Source of the DNA: Verrucomicrobiota bacterium
GTDB taxonomy: Bacteria; Verrucomicrobiota; Verrucomicrobiia; Limisphaerales; AAA164-E04
Assembly (NCBI GenBank): GCA_047947115.1
Contig: CP170459.1
Coordinates: 3,392,001 to 3,456,000, forward strand
Direction of reading: 5' to 3'
DNA: 64,000 bases
This document shows positions 19,098-31,000 of the stretch, in pieces. A model generated the notes under the pieces. That model was not told the DNA's origin. It saw only the letters and a program-made list of their open reading frames with translations, and searched no databases. How positions within the stretch are numbered: the first letter of the stretch is position 1; every line of letters begins with the position of its first letter. The translations under genes and the position numbers were made by a program.

Positions 19098-20168
19098 TCA
19101 CTGGTCTATGTTGTCAAAAATTGATTCTTGACGAACCGGTGCCAGCACGATTCGGAAGCCGATGAATGCCAGCCTTGATTCGGGGGGATGATGCACGCGC
19201 AGGGCTGAACGGCAAAATGAGGGGGAACTGTCCCAATATCCTCCTCGGACTACCCGATCATATCCATCCTCGGGTCCCCATGAATCGGCCAAGGTCCCAC
19301 CGGGTAAGTTGTCAAACCAATCCATGCACCATTCGAATACGTTTCCATGTACGTCATGCAATCCCCAAGGATTCGGTCGCTTTTCGCCCACTGGATGAGG
19401 TTGAAGCCGGCTGTTACCCTTATAACATGCATATTCATGGAGGGATTCATAAAACGGATCATCTCCATAGCTGAATCGGGTGGTCCTTCCGGCACGTGCG
19501 GCATAGGCCCATTCCGCTTCAGTGGGAAGACGATACTCAAAGTCCTCCGTGAGATTTCCCTCCTGACGTTCTTTTAATGTCAATTCATAACAATAATCCA
19601 AGGCACTGAACCAAGTGACGCTTTCCACTGGAAGTTGAGGATCGTTCAAGATCTTGAACCGACTTGGATTGAAATCCATCAATGTCTCGAATTCTCCCTG
19701 GGAGACTTCGTATTTGCTGATCCAATAAGCTCGGGTCAATGTGTTTTCTGTCAAAGGAGTTTCTTTGTCCAAATATCTTCCTTCTTCATCATCCGGGCTC
19801 CCCATCATGAATTTGCCGGGTTCGATGCGCACCATGTGGTCCAAGGGCTTTATAGAGACCCCTTCAATTCTATAAAAAGCGCGGGGTGCCGTATCCATCT
19901 GGATCAGAAATCGCACTGTGCTTTCACCCTTTTCGGGAGATGCACTTTGATCGATTTCCCAGGTAAATAAATCGACACTTTTCATGAGGTGATACAAACC
20001 GCCCGGTTCACCTTGTGTGATGATTTCCGCTTGTTGTGATGACGCGTTTCTTGTTTCGATTTGAAGCCTCAACAAGTCTTGAGCAAAAACCGGGTGTCCC
20101 GGGTTCATTCCCCAAAAAGTGATTGTGAACCAATAGATCCAGATAATTTGAAATTTTTGCATGATCAT
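19098..20168 (-). CDS. Secreted FGE-sulfatase (SUMF1/C-lectin-like fold) domain protein
   Basis: GKFMMGSP, YEVSQGEF, PVESVTW, YRLPTEAEWAYAARAG, NPWGLHDVHGNVFEW, RGGYW, GFRIV. Confidence 0.92.
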   Translation of the reverse strand: MIMQKFQIIWIYWFTITFWGMNPGHPVFAQDLLRLQIETRNASSQQAEIITQGEPGGLYHLMKSVDLFTWEIDQSASPEKGESTVRFLIQMDTAPRAFYRIEGVSIKPLDHMVRIEPGKFMMGSPDDEEGRYLDKETPLTENTLTRAYWISKYEVSQGEFETLMDFNPSRFKILNDPQLPVESVTWFSALDYCYELTLKERQEGNLTEDFEYRLPTEAEWAYAARAGRTTRFSYGDDPFYESLHEYACYKGNSRLQPHPVGEKRPNPWGLHDVHGNVFEWCMDWFDNLPGGTLADSWGPEDGYDRVVRGGYWDSSPSFCRSALRVHHPPESRLAFIGFRIVLAPVRQESIFDNIDQ

Positions 20169-20170
20169 AC

Positions 20171-20851
20171 TTACTGAAAGTAACCCCTGACAGTGTCATC
20201 ACCCAGTTCGGGATCAATGCCCAGCCCTTCCAACCGTTTCACATGGGCATTTTCCACATGCCCATCCAGAAAAAATCCATTCGCCCCCTGACCATGCCGA
20301 CAGTGAACCTGTTTTTCTTCAAAACTCCTGAAATAATGAAACTGTTCACCTTTGAATCCGTCCCTTCCACCGCTTGTCGTGTCGCTCAGGTGCAGGTAAT
20401 CGGAAGGTTGCCGGATGGTTCGTGTATCCAATATTTCCGCAAACACAACCGGACCGTTTGCTGCCGGAGGATCAATCCGCACCCCATATACTCGCAGTCA
20501 ATCCTTCCATTGTTTGGGGGCATAGGATGGGTAAAGGAATAGATTGGATGTCGTGATCGACTGGTGTTGGGCAAGGAGTGTGGCCCATGACTGGTTGGTT
20601 GCTCCCAGAAAATAGATCCGGATTTTGGAGTCGTTGTCATCCAGATAAAGCTGGGTGAATACGCCCAGTTGTTTCAGGTTGTTGACGCACTGGATCTGTT
20701 TGGCCTTGGCTTTGGCCCGACTCAATGCCGGTAAGAGCATGCCCGCCAGTATGGCAATGATAGCAATCACCACCAGCAGTTCGATCAGGGTAAACCCTGT
20801 TTTCCCGGGATGCTCATCCTGATGGACTACCTTTTGATGAGTCGAAACCAT
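20171..20851 (-). pseudogene. Prepilin-type H-X9-DG protein interrupted by an in-frame TGA
   Basis: [14 protein letters not shown]... and RHGQGANGFFLDGHV lie in the same frame, separated by TGA at 20500-20498 (KQWKD*LRVYGVRID). Confidence 0.85.
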
Positions 20852-23800
20852 GTGTTCTGATTGTTTATATTGGCTTGCCAGTTATTCAACCCTACCGTGC
20901 CGGGAACGTCCCGCCATTCCGAGAGAGGATCGGGTGATTTGGATTGCAGGATGATGCCCGGGCCTCCAAGCCAGGATAAAGCGAACGTATCGTTTTCAAG
21001 GACGGGTGGATCCAGCTTGATCTGATGTGTGATCCTGAATACAAGCAGCCCGTCTTCTCCAGCGGCCACATAGGCCAAATCACCCTCCACCACGAGTCCG
21101 TAGGTGTCAACATCTTCAAGATCACTCGAGCCCACTTTTACGAGCTGTGTCGGATCACCATAATCAAGAGCCTGTAATCCTTTTCCTGTGACAAGGGCAT
21201 AGGAGCCATCCATGAGCGCTACGCCCTCCGAAGCCTCCAAATCAATGCTGTCGGTTTGCCTGGGGTGGAGAGGGTCGCTCATATCCACGACTTCGATCCC
21301 GGGAAACAGTTCTCCGTGTGTTGCAAGGAGGGTCGATCCATTCCAGTCCAGTTGTTTGACGGAAGCACCTGGGTAAAATGCCGACAACCACGACGGTTCG
21401 GCAGGGTTTGTGATATCAAGGAATTGGATGCCTCCCCAGTTCTGACTGATAGCCGCTACTTGATTGGCAACTTCGATGTCACTGACCTGCCATTCTGAAA
21501 CGGGGGAGATGAGATTGGACTTCAAGATTGATGGTCCCCTCATTGGGTTTCTCAAATCCACGGACAAAAAGCCTATTGAAGTTCCGATGAATCCCCAGGA
21601 TTTCATAGGGAACAATGCAGAAGTGTCATACTTTGATTTGAGTATTTCCTCCGGAACGTACGGGGTTGCCAGGGAAAAAACTCTGAATGTATCCGACCCA
21701 AGAAACAGATGGTTGCCCTGGATGTTTAATTGATTTGCCCGAACAGGAACATGAGCCATTTTTTTTGGGCTTTCGGGGGATGCTATTTGAATGATTTGTA
21801 TGCCGTCAACGCCGTCTGCCAGGTAGATCAGATCGTTGGAAATGTCCAAGTCGTAGGCAAATCCTTGCCGAGACAATAGTCCGCTTGTGTCAGGCCAGCG
21901 ACCGATGAGTTCTATTTTTACAGGTGGAATGGGGTTGATGGTGACTGTATCGCTTGCAATCTCCTTGTTACCATTCATCACCTGCACCCAGTACTGCGCT
22001 GTTCGATCCACTGATGGCGTAGTGAATGAGGAACGATTGGCATCAGGGATGGGATGGGATTTGTCGGCGCTTGCGCCTTGATACCATTGGTAGCTTAATG
22101 AGCTTGAACCATTCGCTCCCACATTGAGCGTGACCATGTCTCCCTTTGCGATGTGGGTAGAAATCGGATGTTTTGCGATGTTCAATGATTCGGGAACTAG
22201 TTCGAAAATGTTCAAACCTTCAGAGTGTGTTAGCAAAAACGCGTGATCCTTTCCTAATTCAATATTAGTGATCGGTCCGTTGGATGGATGATTTGATATG
22301 ATGATTGGAGATGATGATTGGAGATGATGATTGGAGATGACGGATTGGATACATCGTAAACCGACAAGCCATTCCAGTCTTCAGCGACAAAAAGTTTATC
22401 CTGGCTCAACTCAAGGTCCACGACTTCGTCCGTGTTTGTCTGATGGTACAAGAGTTTCGGCAGGGATGGAACCCTGATATCTGTAATGGCAAATCCGTTT
22501 CTGCTTAAACCCGCATAAACGATTGTGCCGTCTACAGCCAATCCTCCGGTTATACGTCCCGTTTGAGTCCTGTCCCTTGATGGCAGTTGGTAGGAAAAGA
22601 TAAATTCAAACTCGGTTGGAGAAATCGAATCGATGAGAACCAGTTTGTCCAGGGAATCTGAAACAAAGACGTTTTGGATCAGCAGATTTCGATGGAGTTT
22701 CATGCCCTCTGCGACGGCACCACCTCTGGGGATTTCATCCAGCAAGGTGAGGTTGGAAGGATCACTGGTATCAAAGATCCTTGTGTAGTTGATGCGTGCA
22801 TTGTTGATGGGATGGGTCGTTTTATCGGAAACATAAAGTCTTGGTGGATCGTCGGTGGCGGTGAGCTCCACAAAATGAGAGGCGTGACCTTCCTTTGATA
22901 GAACCCACTCTGTGATCGACTGAGGTGATTTGGGATCTGTGACATCATAGACGACCACTTTCGCGATGTCTTCTTCAATGCGGCCGGCGAACAACCGGGT
23001 TTCGGTTGCGGTCAAAAAATCAACATAATGAGCTAATTCAATTTTGCCGAGTAAAGCGGGATGAGCAGGATTCGATAAATCGAGGCACTCAATATATCCA
23101 GGAATAAACCACCTGTAGGAGGGCCGGTTTGATTGGAAAGGTTCTTTGTTCTGGTTAAGGAGATACCCCCGTTGTTCTTCCAGGTGAAACTTGCTGGGTG
23201 TCAGTCCCGTGTCGAAATGTCCAATCAATTGCAGTTTGCCTGCTTCATTCAATTTCAGAATTTGCAACCCACCTTCAAAATCCGCGATGAAAATAACATC
23301 GTCCTGCACCTCGGCTTTTAAAGCTGTTCCGGGGGTGTCGAAGTGATCCATCACTTTCGGCTGAGTCTTGTCATGCACATCGATGACCTGGATTCCAAAC
23401 TGCTTCGAACACAAAATGGCGTGTCCATCCTTAATTTCCATTTCGGGGAAGTCATTCAGGGAAAAGTAAGAGTTTAAAGAATCTGTGGTACCGGTGAGGG
23501 AGGGGGAGTCAGCCTGATTCATGTTCCATATTTGCATGCTATTCACCTTATCTTTCATGTAACGTCCGCTGATGTAAAGATGACCATCCTGGATCTGCAC
23601 ATGATGCACTGGCCACAGACTGTTTTCATTGGGAACAAAAGTGGCAAGGGGTGCAAATTTTCCCGAATCTGATAATTGTGAGATCAACAAGGAACCATAG
23701 TTTGCCTGAACACCCGAAACATAGGCTCGATCCTGTTCGACCGCGACCATACCCGGGCTGCTAAATAAGTGATTGGCTCCGTTGTTGCGCAATGGAAAGA

Positions 23801-24388
23801 CATCGAGTGTCTTTAATTCACTGGCATCACTCACATCCAGCAATCTCAAGCTGGCTTCAGTATGCCCCATGCGTGGTTTCCTTCACCGATGAGCATTCGG
23901 TCTCCTTCGAAGTCAAAACTTTGAATCTCAGTAACCAATGTGTGAGAGCCCATCAAGGCTGGGTGGACGGGATTTCTCAAATCCAGAACAAGCAGTTGTC
24001 CCCGGTATCCTTCTTTCCCATACCGACTATCCCGATGAAACCTGGAAGCCACATAGAGGCGATCATTATGCACGCGCAGCAAACTGGCATATCCTACCCC
24101 GTCTACATTACCCAGGCGTTGAGGCATTGAGGGATCGGATACATCCAAAATCAAAAACCCTCCGTAACCAATGGCCACGTAAGCATATCGATCACGCAAT
24201 GCGACATCGAGCGCCGGACCCCGTGGATGGAGTGGCCATGAAGCAACCTTTTTCAAAACGGGGGATGCAAGTTCAGAATCATGATCGGCCTGTGCAACTC
24301 CGGTAATAGATCTCAACCCTATGGAGAAGAGCATTGCCATCAATACCCCAATCTTTGACAAGCGTTGGTCCGGAAATGGACTCCTCAT
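20827..24388 (-). pseudogene. LVIVD-repeat/Ig-domain secreted protein, paralogue A, split into three ORFs by two frameshifts
   Basis: ORFs 23846-24388, 22254-23870 and 20827-22236 are collinear with the intact 28068-31595 gene. Shifts near 23870 and at the 13 bp repeat 22298-22340. Confidence 0.85.
22298..22340. repeat. Perfect 13 bp tandem repeat (ATGATGATTGGAG) x3.3 inside LVIVD paralogue A
   Basis: Copies at 22298, 22311 and 22324, plus a partial ATGA at 22337. Confidence 0.95.
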
Positions 24389-24468
24389 GGTTCTTTCAGA
24401 ATGCATTGCGCTTTGCGTTTTTGAAGGTGAAATCGTGTCCGAACTTTTGCAGGAATCGTTCCAATTGG

Positions 24469-27400
24469 TCACTTTTTTCTTAATTGATACCAGGCGCTTT
24501 CCTCCTTTGGTGATATGATCCATTCAGATTGTCCATCTGTTTCTGAAATATCCTGCCAATTCGGTGTGACCAAGTTGAAAGTCTTCTGTAAGACAACACC
24601 AGGCGCTCCTGTCCATGAGATTTTAATCTGATCTCCCTGAATAGTGGGTGGGCCCATATAAAGTTCATGTGTGATCCGGTAAATGAACAATCCGTTCATA
24701 CCGGCGGCAACAAATGCCAACTGATCCTTTGTGTCCAGTCCGAAGGTATCCTGTGCTGATAGATTTGCGTTACCCACTTCAACCAACTGATTTCGATCTC
24801 CATAATCAAATACTTGCAATCCTTTTCCGGTCACGCACGCAAAGGATCCGTTCATGGCGGCAACTTGGTTGGCATGGGGGAGGTCGGTCGTGGCTAATCG
24901 AATTGGGTGCTCCGGATCAGTCATGTTGACGAGTTCCAACCCTGGATGGTTTTCTCCATGGGTTGCCAGAATCCAGGTATCCTTCCAGTCCAGGTCCTTG
25001 ATCGAAGTGTCGGGGTAATATGCGGATAGGAATCCTGGTTCACTGGGTTGTTGAATGTTTAAAACCTGAATGCCACCCCAACCTTGTGCGACGGCGGCGA
25101 GGTTCTCATGGCGAGTGATATCCGAAATGGCCCACTCAGGTGCCCTGGTCAATACGTCCGATTTGGATATTTGTGGTTCATTCGTTGTATTGTGGAAGTT
25201 AATCGATTGCCAGCCTCCGTGGCCTCCCAAAATGACCTGGTCTTCATTCATGGGAAGAATGATTTCATCGTCAATGGCTGCGGTCATTTTGTTTTCCGGA
25301 AGCAAGGGATGGGAGATATCCAATTGATGTATGGCGTGACCATTGACAAACAGGACCTTTCCATGAACGGATACCTGAAATGCCGTAGATGGAAAATGGT
25401 TGATTTGTTTGGGGTGGGTGGGATCCGTAATGTCCAGAACACTCACCCCGTCCAGACCATCTGCCAGGTAGGCGTACGAGCCTGAAACAGCCACATCAGT
25501 TGAAAATCCGTTCCTCTCTAATTGATTGGGCTCTGCTGGCCATGTTCCGATGAGTTCAACTTTTGTTTTGGGGATGGGAGAAATGACGACGGTGTCACTG
25601 TCGGTCGAAGTTTGTCCATCCGACACGCGAACCCAGAATTGTTCGGCTTGATGGATGACCGGAGTGGTGAATGCAGGTTGTCGAGCATCAACAATGGACC
25701 GGCTGGTGTCGCCGCTTTCCCCGTGATACCATTGGTAGGACAAATCGCGCCATGAAAAGGCTCCGACATGAAGCGTGGTTGATCGTCCGTTTTCCGCTCG
25801 AATCGTTCGAGGCTGCTTCGAGATCCGCACATCATTTGAAAGCGTTTTGAGAACGCTTAAACCACCGCCCTGTTCAAGCACGTAAACAGATTGGTCGGAT
25901 ATGTGAACACTGGTGGCTGGAGTTTTTGTTGGCAAGTGATGGATATGCGCGGGGGAGCTTGGATCGCTGACATCATAAACATTCAGGCCGTTGGTTCCTT
26001 CCGCTGTGAATAAAAAGTTTCCGTGTGCCTCTACATCGGATACTTTTCCCTTTGTTTTCAAACTCGCTTGAAACACAGGATCGGAAGGATCTGAAATGTC
26101 CACAATACTAAAACCGTGCCACCCTTGCCCCAGGTAAGCAAACCCCTCCGAAACATCCAAACCTCCTGTGGAAATCGCCTCGGTTGTCTGTTTGTCCGTC
26201 ATTTGAATCCATTCGCTTACCGGAGAGAGCACTGAACCATCCCCCACATCAAATATTTCCAATCGAGTGAACCCATCGCTTCCGAATGAATTCAGATATA
26301 GATAATTTCCATTGAGTAAAAAACCTCCATCGACGGATATGCCCTTGGTAAGGATGTTATGGACGGGTTTTGGTTGGGACAGGTCGGTCATGTCGAATGT
26401 TCTTATCTGACCATGGAACCGGCCTCTTTCGCGCTCTTGTGACGTTTCCGCGATATATGCAAAGCGCATTGAAGGATGCAATTGAATTTCGGTGGAATCA
26501 GACGGGAACACTTCTTTGGTGAGGTGGGTTTTTGAAACTTCCTGGACCGATTCTGGATCAGAAACATCCAAAATCACCCATTGAGCATTCTGACCTTCAT
26601 TCCATATGAGAAAAGCATGGTTGTTTAAGAATTGAAATGTTTTCAATGGGTAAGGCGATCGGTAAGTGCCTGAGTGTCCTGGCTTGGAGGGTGTCGTCAG
26701 CTCAATGAAATCCAGAGTGGGATGGTTGCCATACTCGTCCGAACTCATAATGATGCCCTTGTCCTTTGCAAACTGTGATGAAACTGGCAGCAACCCTGTT
26801 TCAAATTTGCCGATGATTTTCATCTGGTCCGGATCATTGATATCTATGATTTGGAGTCCTCCATGTGCATCAGCGACAAATGCAAGGTTGTCCTTGATCT
26901 GGATTTGCCTGGATATGCCTGGCGTGTCGATTTGGTTGAAAAGGACTGGTTCTTGCGGATTTCGAACATCGATCACTGAAATTCCGTGTCTTCAAAGACA
27001 TATGAAAGCGAAGCCGTTCTGTATGGCGATGCCGTTTTGTTCATTTGATACGCTGAATGGATTGTAAGGATCTTCACTGCGCGGAATAAGATTAAAATCA
27101 ATTGAAGCCAAAAGAGCGGTTTTCGACATATCCGTGGTGTCCCAAACATTGAATATGCTTTTTGAAATGGTGTTGTTCGGATCCGAATGATCCAAATCAC
27201 GACGCACTTCAAATGTAAGAGGATCCTTCACATGCCATGCCTGTAGCGATCCTGAACCTGTGAATCTTAGGCTTTGCACGAAATCCAATGGATCTGTTTC
27301 ACTCCAGTTGAGAATGTTCACCTTGCCAGCACCGGAGACAAATAAATAATCGTCGCTTTTGATCAGGGATTGGGGATCCAGCGGTAGGTTACTTCTGTTG

Positions 27401-28029
27401 TGACTGTTGATCTGCATCCTGTGAATCAGGGATGGGGATGATGGGGTGCTGACATCCATGATACGTATGCTTGCCTGTGCGTGTCCATGAGCGCCTCCCT
27501 CGCTGAGCAGGAGTCTGTGTTCATCAAAACTCAAACCGAGTATTTCGGAACCCAGAGTAAAGGAAGTTATTTCAATTGGATGGTATGGATCGTCCAGTTT
27601 CAGAACATGTAGATTGCCACGATAGAATCGCTCCTGCTCGAATTGACTTCCTCGATGATGACGCGTTACCACATAAAGATGATTTCTGTGAAAACGTACC
27701 TTGCTGACATGTTGAGAAGAAAAAATGCGATCGATCAAAGTGGGGTGTGTCGGATCACTGACATCTACCAGAAGTAGCCCTGAATCTCCCATGGCCAGAT
27801 AGGCTGTTTCTTGATGAAGGGCTACTTCGCGAACCGACGCTCGGATGTTTTCCGGCCACTGGCCGACTTGTTGGAGCAGGGGCGAACTCGCGCTTCGGCA
27901 GATGACGGACGCTAAAAACAGAAAGCACAACATGATACACCATTTGGGAATTTGTGCCCGCAGGAATTGGTCTGCGTGAAAATTCATCCGTTTTAACAGG
28001 TTCAATCCCTTCATCCCATACCTGGCCAT
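24469..28029 (-). pseudogene. LVIVD-repeat/Ig-domain secreted protein, paralogue B, interrupted by one in-frame TGA
   Basis: ORFs 26992-28029 and 24469-26976 are in frame: NGFAFICL*RHGISVIDVRNP versus NGYAYVCTGIQGLSVIDIRNP in the intact copy. Confidence 0.87.
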
Positions 28030-28067
28030 GGACTATTCTTTAAAATGTCTGGTTTTCCAATATTGAT

Positions 28068-31000
28068 CTATCGTTTGATGAGTTGATACCAGTGACTGGC
28101 CTGAGCAAAGGGAATGAGGATTTCACTTGCTCCCTCGGTATCCGGGACGTCGGTCCAGTTTGGAACAGGCATGGTGGCTGATTGTTGCAGCCATATTCCG
28201 GGAGCTCCCAACCAGGACAAGTGCACTCCATCGGTTTCAACCGAAGGAGGGTTCAATTTGAGTTCGGGAGTGATGCGATAAATCAAAAGCCCGTCCTTAC
28301 CTGCAGCAACGTAGGCGAGGTCACCGTGAATCTCCAAACCATAAGTGTCAAAATCAGAACCATCTGAACTTACTTTGATGAGCCTGGATGGATCCCCGTA
28401 ATCGAATACCGACAATCCTTTCCCGGTGACGGCAGCATAGGAACTCTCCATGAACGCGACTTTATGGGCGTGAGGCTCATTCATGCTTGCAGATGGTTTT
28501 GGATTGGCAGGATCACTCACGTCAATGAGTTCCAGGCCCGGGAACAAATCACCGTGTGCAGCGATGATCCATGAATTCTTCCAGGCAAGGTCCTGAACGG
28601 ATGCATTCGGATAGTAAGATGTAACCAGATTCGGCGAGGTGGGGGAGGTGATATCCAAAATTTGAACACCGCCCCAACCCTGGCTGGCTGCTGCGTAGCT
28701 TCCAGAAGCAGCGATCCCCTTGATGGACCATGTTTCATTTTGCGAGAGCACGTTTGATGGAAAAATTCCTCCAGCTCTCATCGGGTTCCCCTGATCCAGA
28801 GTATTCCATCCATTACCGCCTCCCATGAAAACAAAGTTACCGAACGGCAACATGACCTCCTCGCTCTCTGTGACCAGCACTTCCTGGATTGGTTGGGTCG
28901 GGTTGTCAATGTTGAGTGTTTCATAACCTCTGCCATTGACATGGAGTCGATTTCTTTCAATCGCCACTTGATGGATGTTCGAGGAGTAATGTCCAACCAT
29001 TCTTGGTGCTGTTAAATCACTTGCATTCAAGATGCGCAATCCATCAAAGCCGTCCGCCAGATAAATGTGGTGTCCCGATACGGCCACGTCTGTTGAAAAA
29101 CCCGAGCGGGCAAATGCGTTTGGATCCTCCGGCCAGCGACCGATCAACTCCACTTTCGTCGTCGGAATGGGCGTCAGCACGCAAGTGTCACTGTTGAAGG
29201 TAGACACTCCATCCGTCACGCGGACCCAATACCGTTGTTGTTCTGTGATGGGGTGGGTGGAGATGGTTGGGCGTGTTTCATTCGTGAGCGGCCGGCTTGT
29301 ATCGCCGCTTTCGCCAAGGTACCACATGTAGGAGAGGGGATTGGTGGCATAGGCTTTTACCTGAAGCGTGGTTTGATCACCTAAAGCCAGGCTTCGCGAT
29401 TCGGGTTGATGAATCATCACCACGCCTTTCTTTACGAAACTGTAAACGCCCAATCCAAAACCCTGTTCCAGAACGTAAACATGCGACCCGGACACATCCA
29501 CATTGGTGGCCGGTCCGTAAGTTGTGATGTGATCCAAATGAAAGGGGGCATCAGGGTTGCTGATGTCATATAAGTTCACGCCGTATTCTCCTTCGGCGGT
29601 CAAAAGGTAGTTGCCGTAGATTTCCAGATCCATCACTTCTCCTTGGGCAGCATGATCAGAACGAAAAACGGGATTCATTGGATCGTTCACATCAACCACC
29701 GAGAATCCGTGTTGCCCCTCTCCCACATACGCCATGCCCTTGGTCACATGCAATCCTCCCACTCGACGGGCCTTATTCTTCCAATCATTGTCCGGGAGAG
29801 TTGCTTTTCCAGAACTGGAGGCTTCCAGGGGGACTTCGATTGAAAAGCTCTCCAATTGGTCCTTGCCACCATACACAAAGGAGTTTTGGTAAAGGTGGCT
29901 ACCGTCGATCAACAATCCCTCGGTGACAGCTATTCCTTCAGTGATGAATTGTTCGATGATTTGTGGGTTGGCTGGATTGGAAAGGTTGATTTTGTTGAGA
30001 AAACCTCGGAATCGACTCGAATTTTGCTCAGCTACCATTCCGGTAACATATAGATGTTTCCTGTCTGAGTGGTAGATCATATTCGGAACCGGTGATGTCC
30101 TGAACTCCAGTGGAAGTGTGATTCTGGACAAGGATTGAATGGATGCCGGGCTGCTTGCATCCAGAGTTTCCAGTTTAAAAATGTTGTTGTCCTTGCCGAT
30201 GATGAAAAGCAGGTCATTTGAATACTCCAACGCATCAATCGAGTAAGAAGAACGGTATTCACCGATTTTTGTCGGACTGGCGGGAACAGTCAGATCGAGG
30301 AACTCAATCAATGTTCGGTGACGGCGTTCGTCGGCGCTGTACAAGATTCCAAGGTCACCATCCCTCAGGAATTGGCGGGGAGTTAATCCGGTTTCGAATT
30401 GGCCGACAATGCGCAATTGAGTCGGGTCACTGATGTCAATGATCTGGAGCCCGCCGTGGAAATCGGCCACATATGCCAGACCATTTTTGATTTCCAATTG
30501 GATGGCGTTTCCGGAAGTATCGATTTGACCGACCAAAACAGGCTGGACTGGATTGCGTATGTCGATAACAGATAATCCCTGGATTCCGGTGCAAACATAT
30601 GCGTATCCATTTTGAATCCTCAGCCCTTCGTACCCACCGTCGAGTCCAAAAACTCCATTGGAACTTCCGTCGACCGGCAGAGAGCTGAAATCCAGCGAGG
30701 CCACTCGGGATGGATCTGGAGAATCGCTGGTGTCGAAAACCAAGAACGTGTCGACGAGATTGATCTGCTGAAAGTCGACCCGGCTGAAGTTGCGTCTTGT
30801 TGTATAAACGTATTGTCCGCCTACCTGCCATCCTCTCATGACTCCTTGATCGTAAGCTCTTCCGACCACATTCAGGAATTGAGTGTTTTCCCAATCTGAC
30901 ATTAAGATGGAACTTCCTCCAGAAACAAAAAACTGATCCCCGACAGCTTTGACGGCACTGGGGACGGGTATTTCTTCTCTGCCAAACTTAAGCTGTATGA

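Noticed and set aside
19098..20168. True formylglycine-generating enzyme for the sulfatase, or a DGR target
   Set aside because: It lacks the two-Cys catalytic motif (has RGGYWDSSPSFCRS). No reverse transcriptase or template repeat is seen in the window.
22298..22340. CRISPR array
   Set aside because: Contiguous 13 bp units with no spacers, and no cas genes.
20498..26994. TGA recoding (selenocysteine, or genetic code 4/25) to explain the two in-frame stops
   Set aside because: The stops align with Trp-like and Gly positions, not Cys. Many intact genes in the window (e.g. nadC, 6849, 9008, 13628) terminate at TGA.
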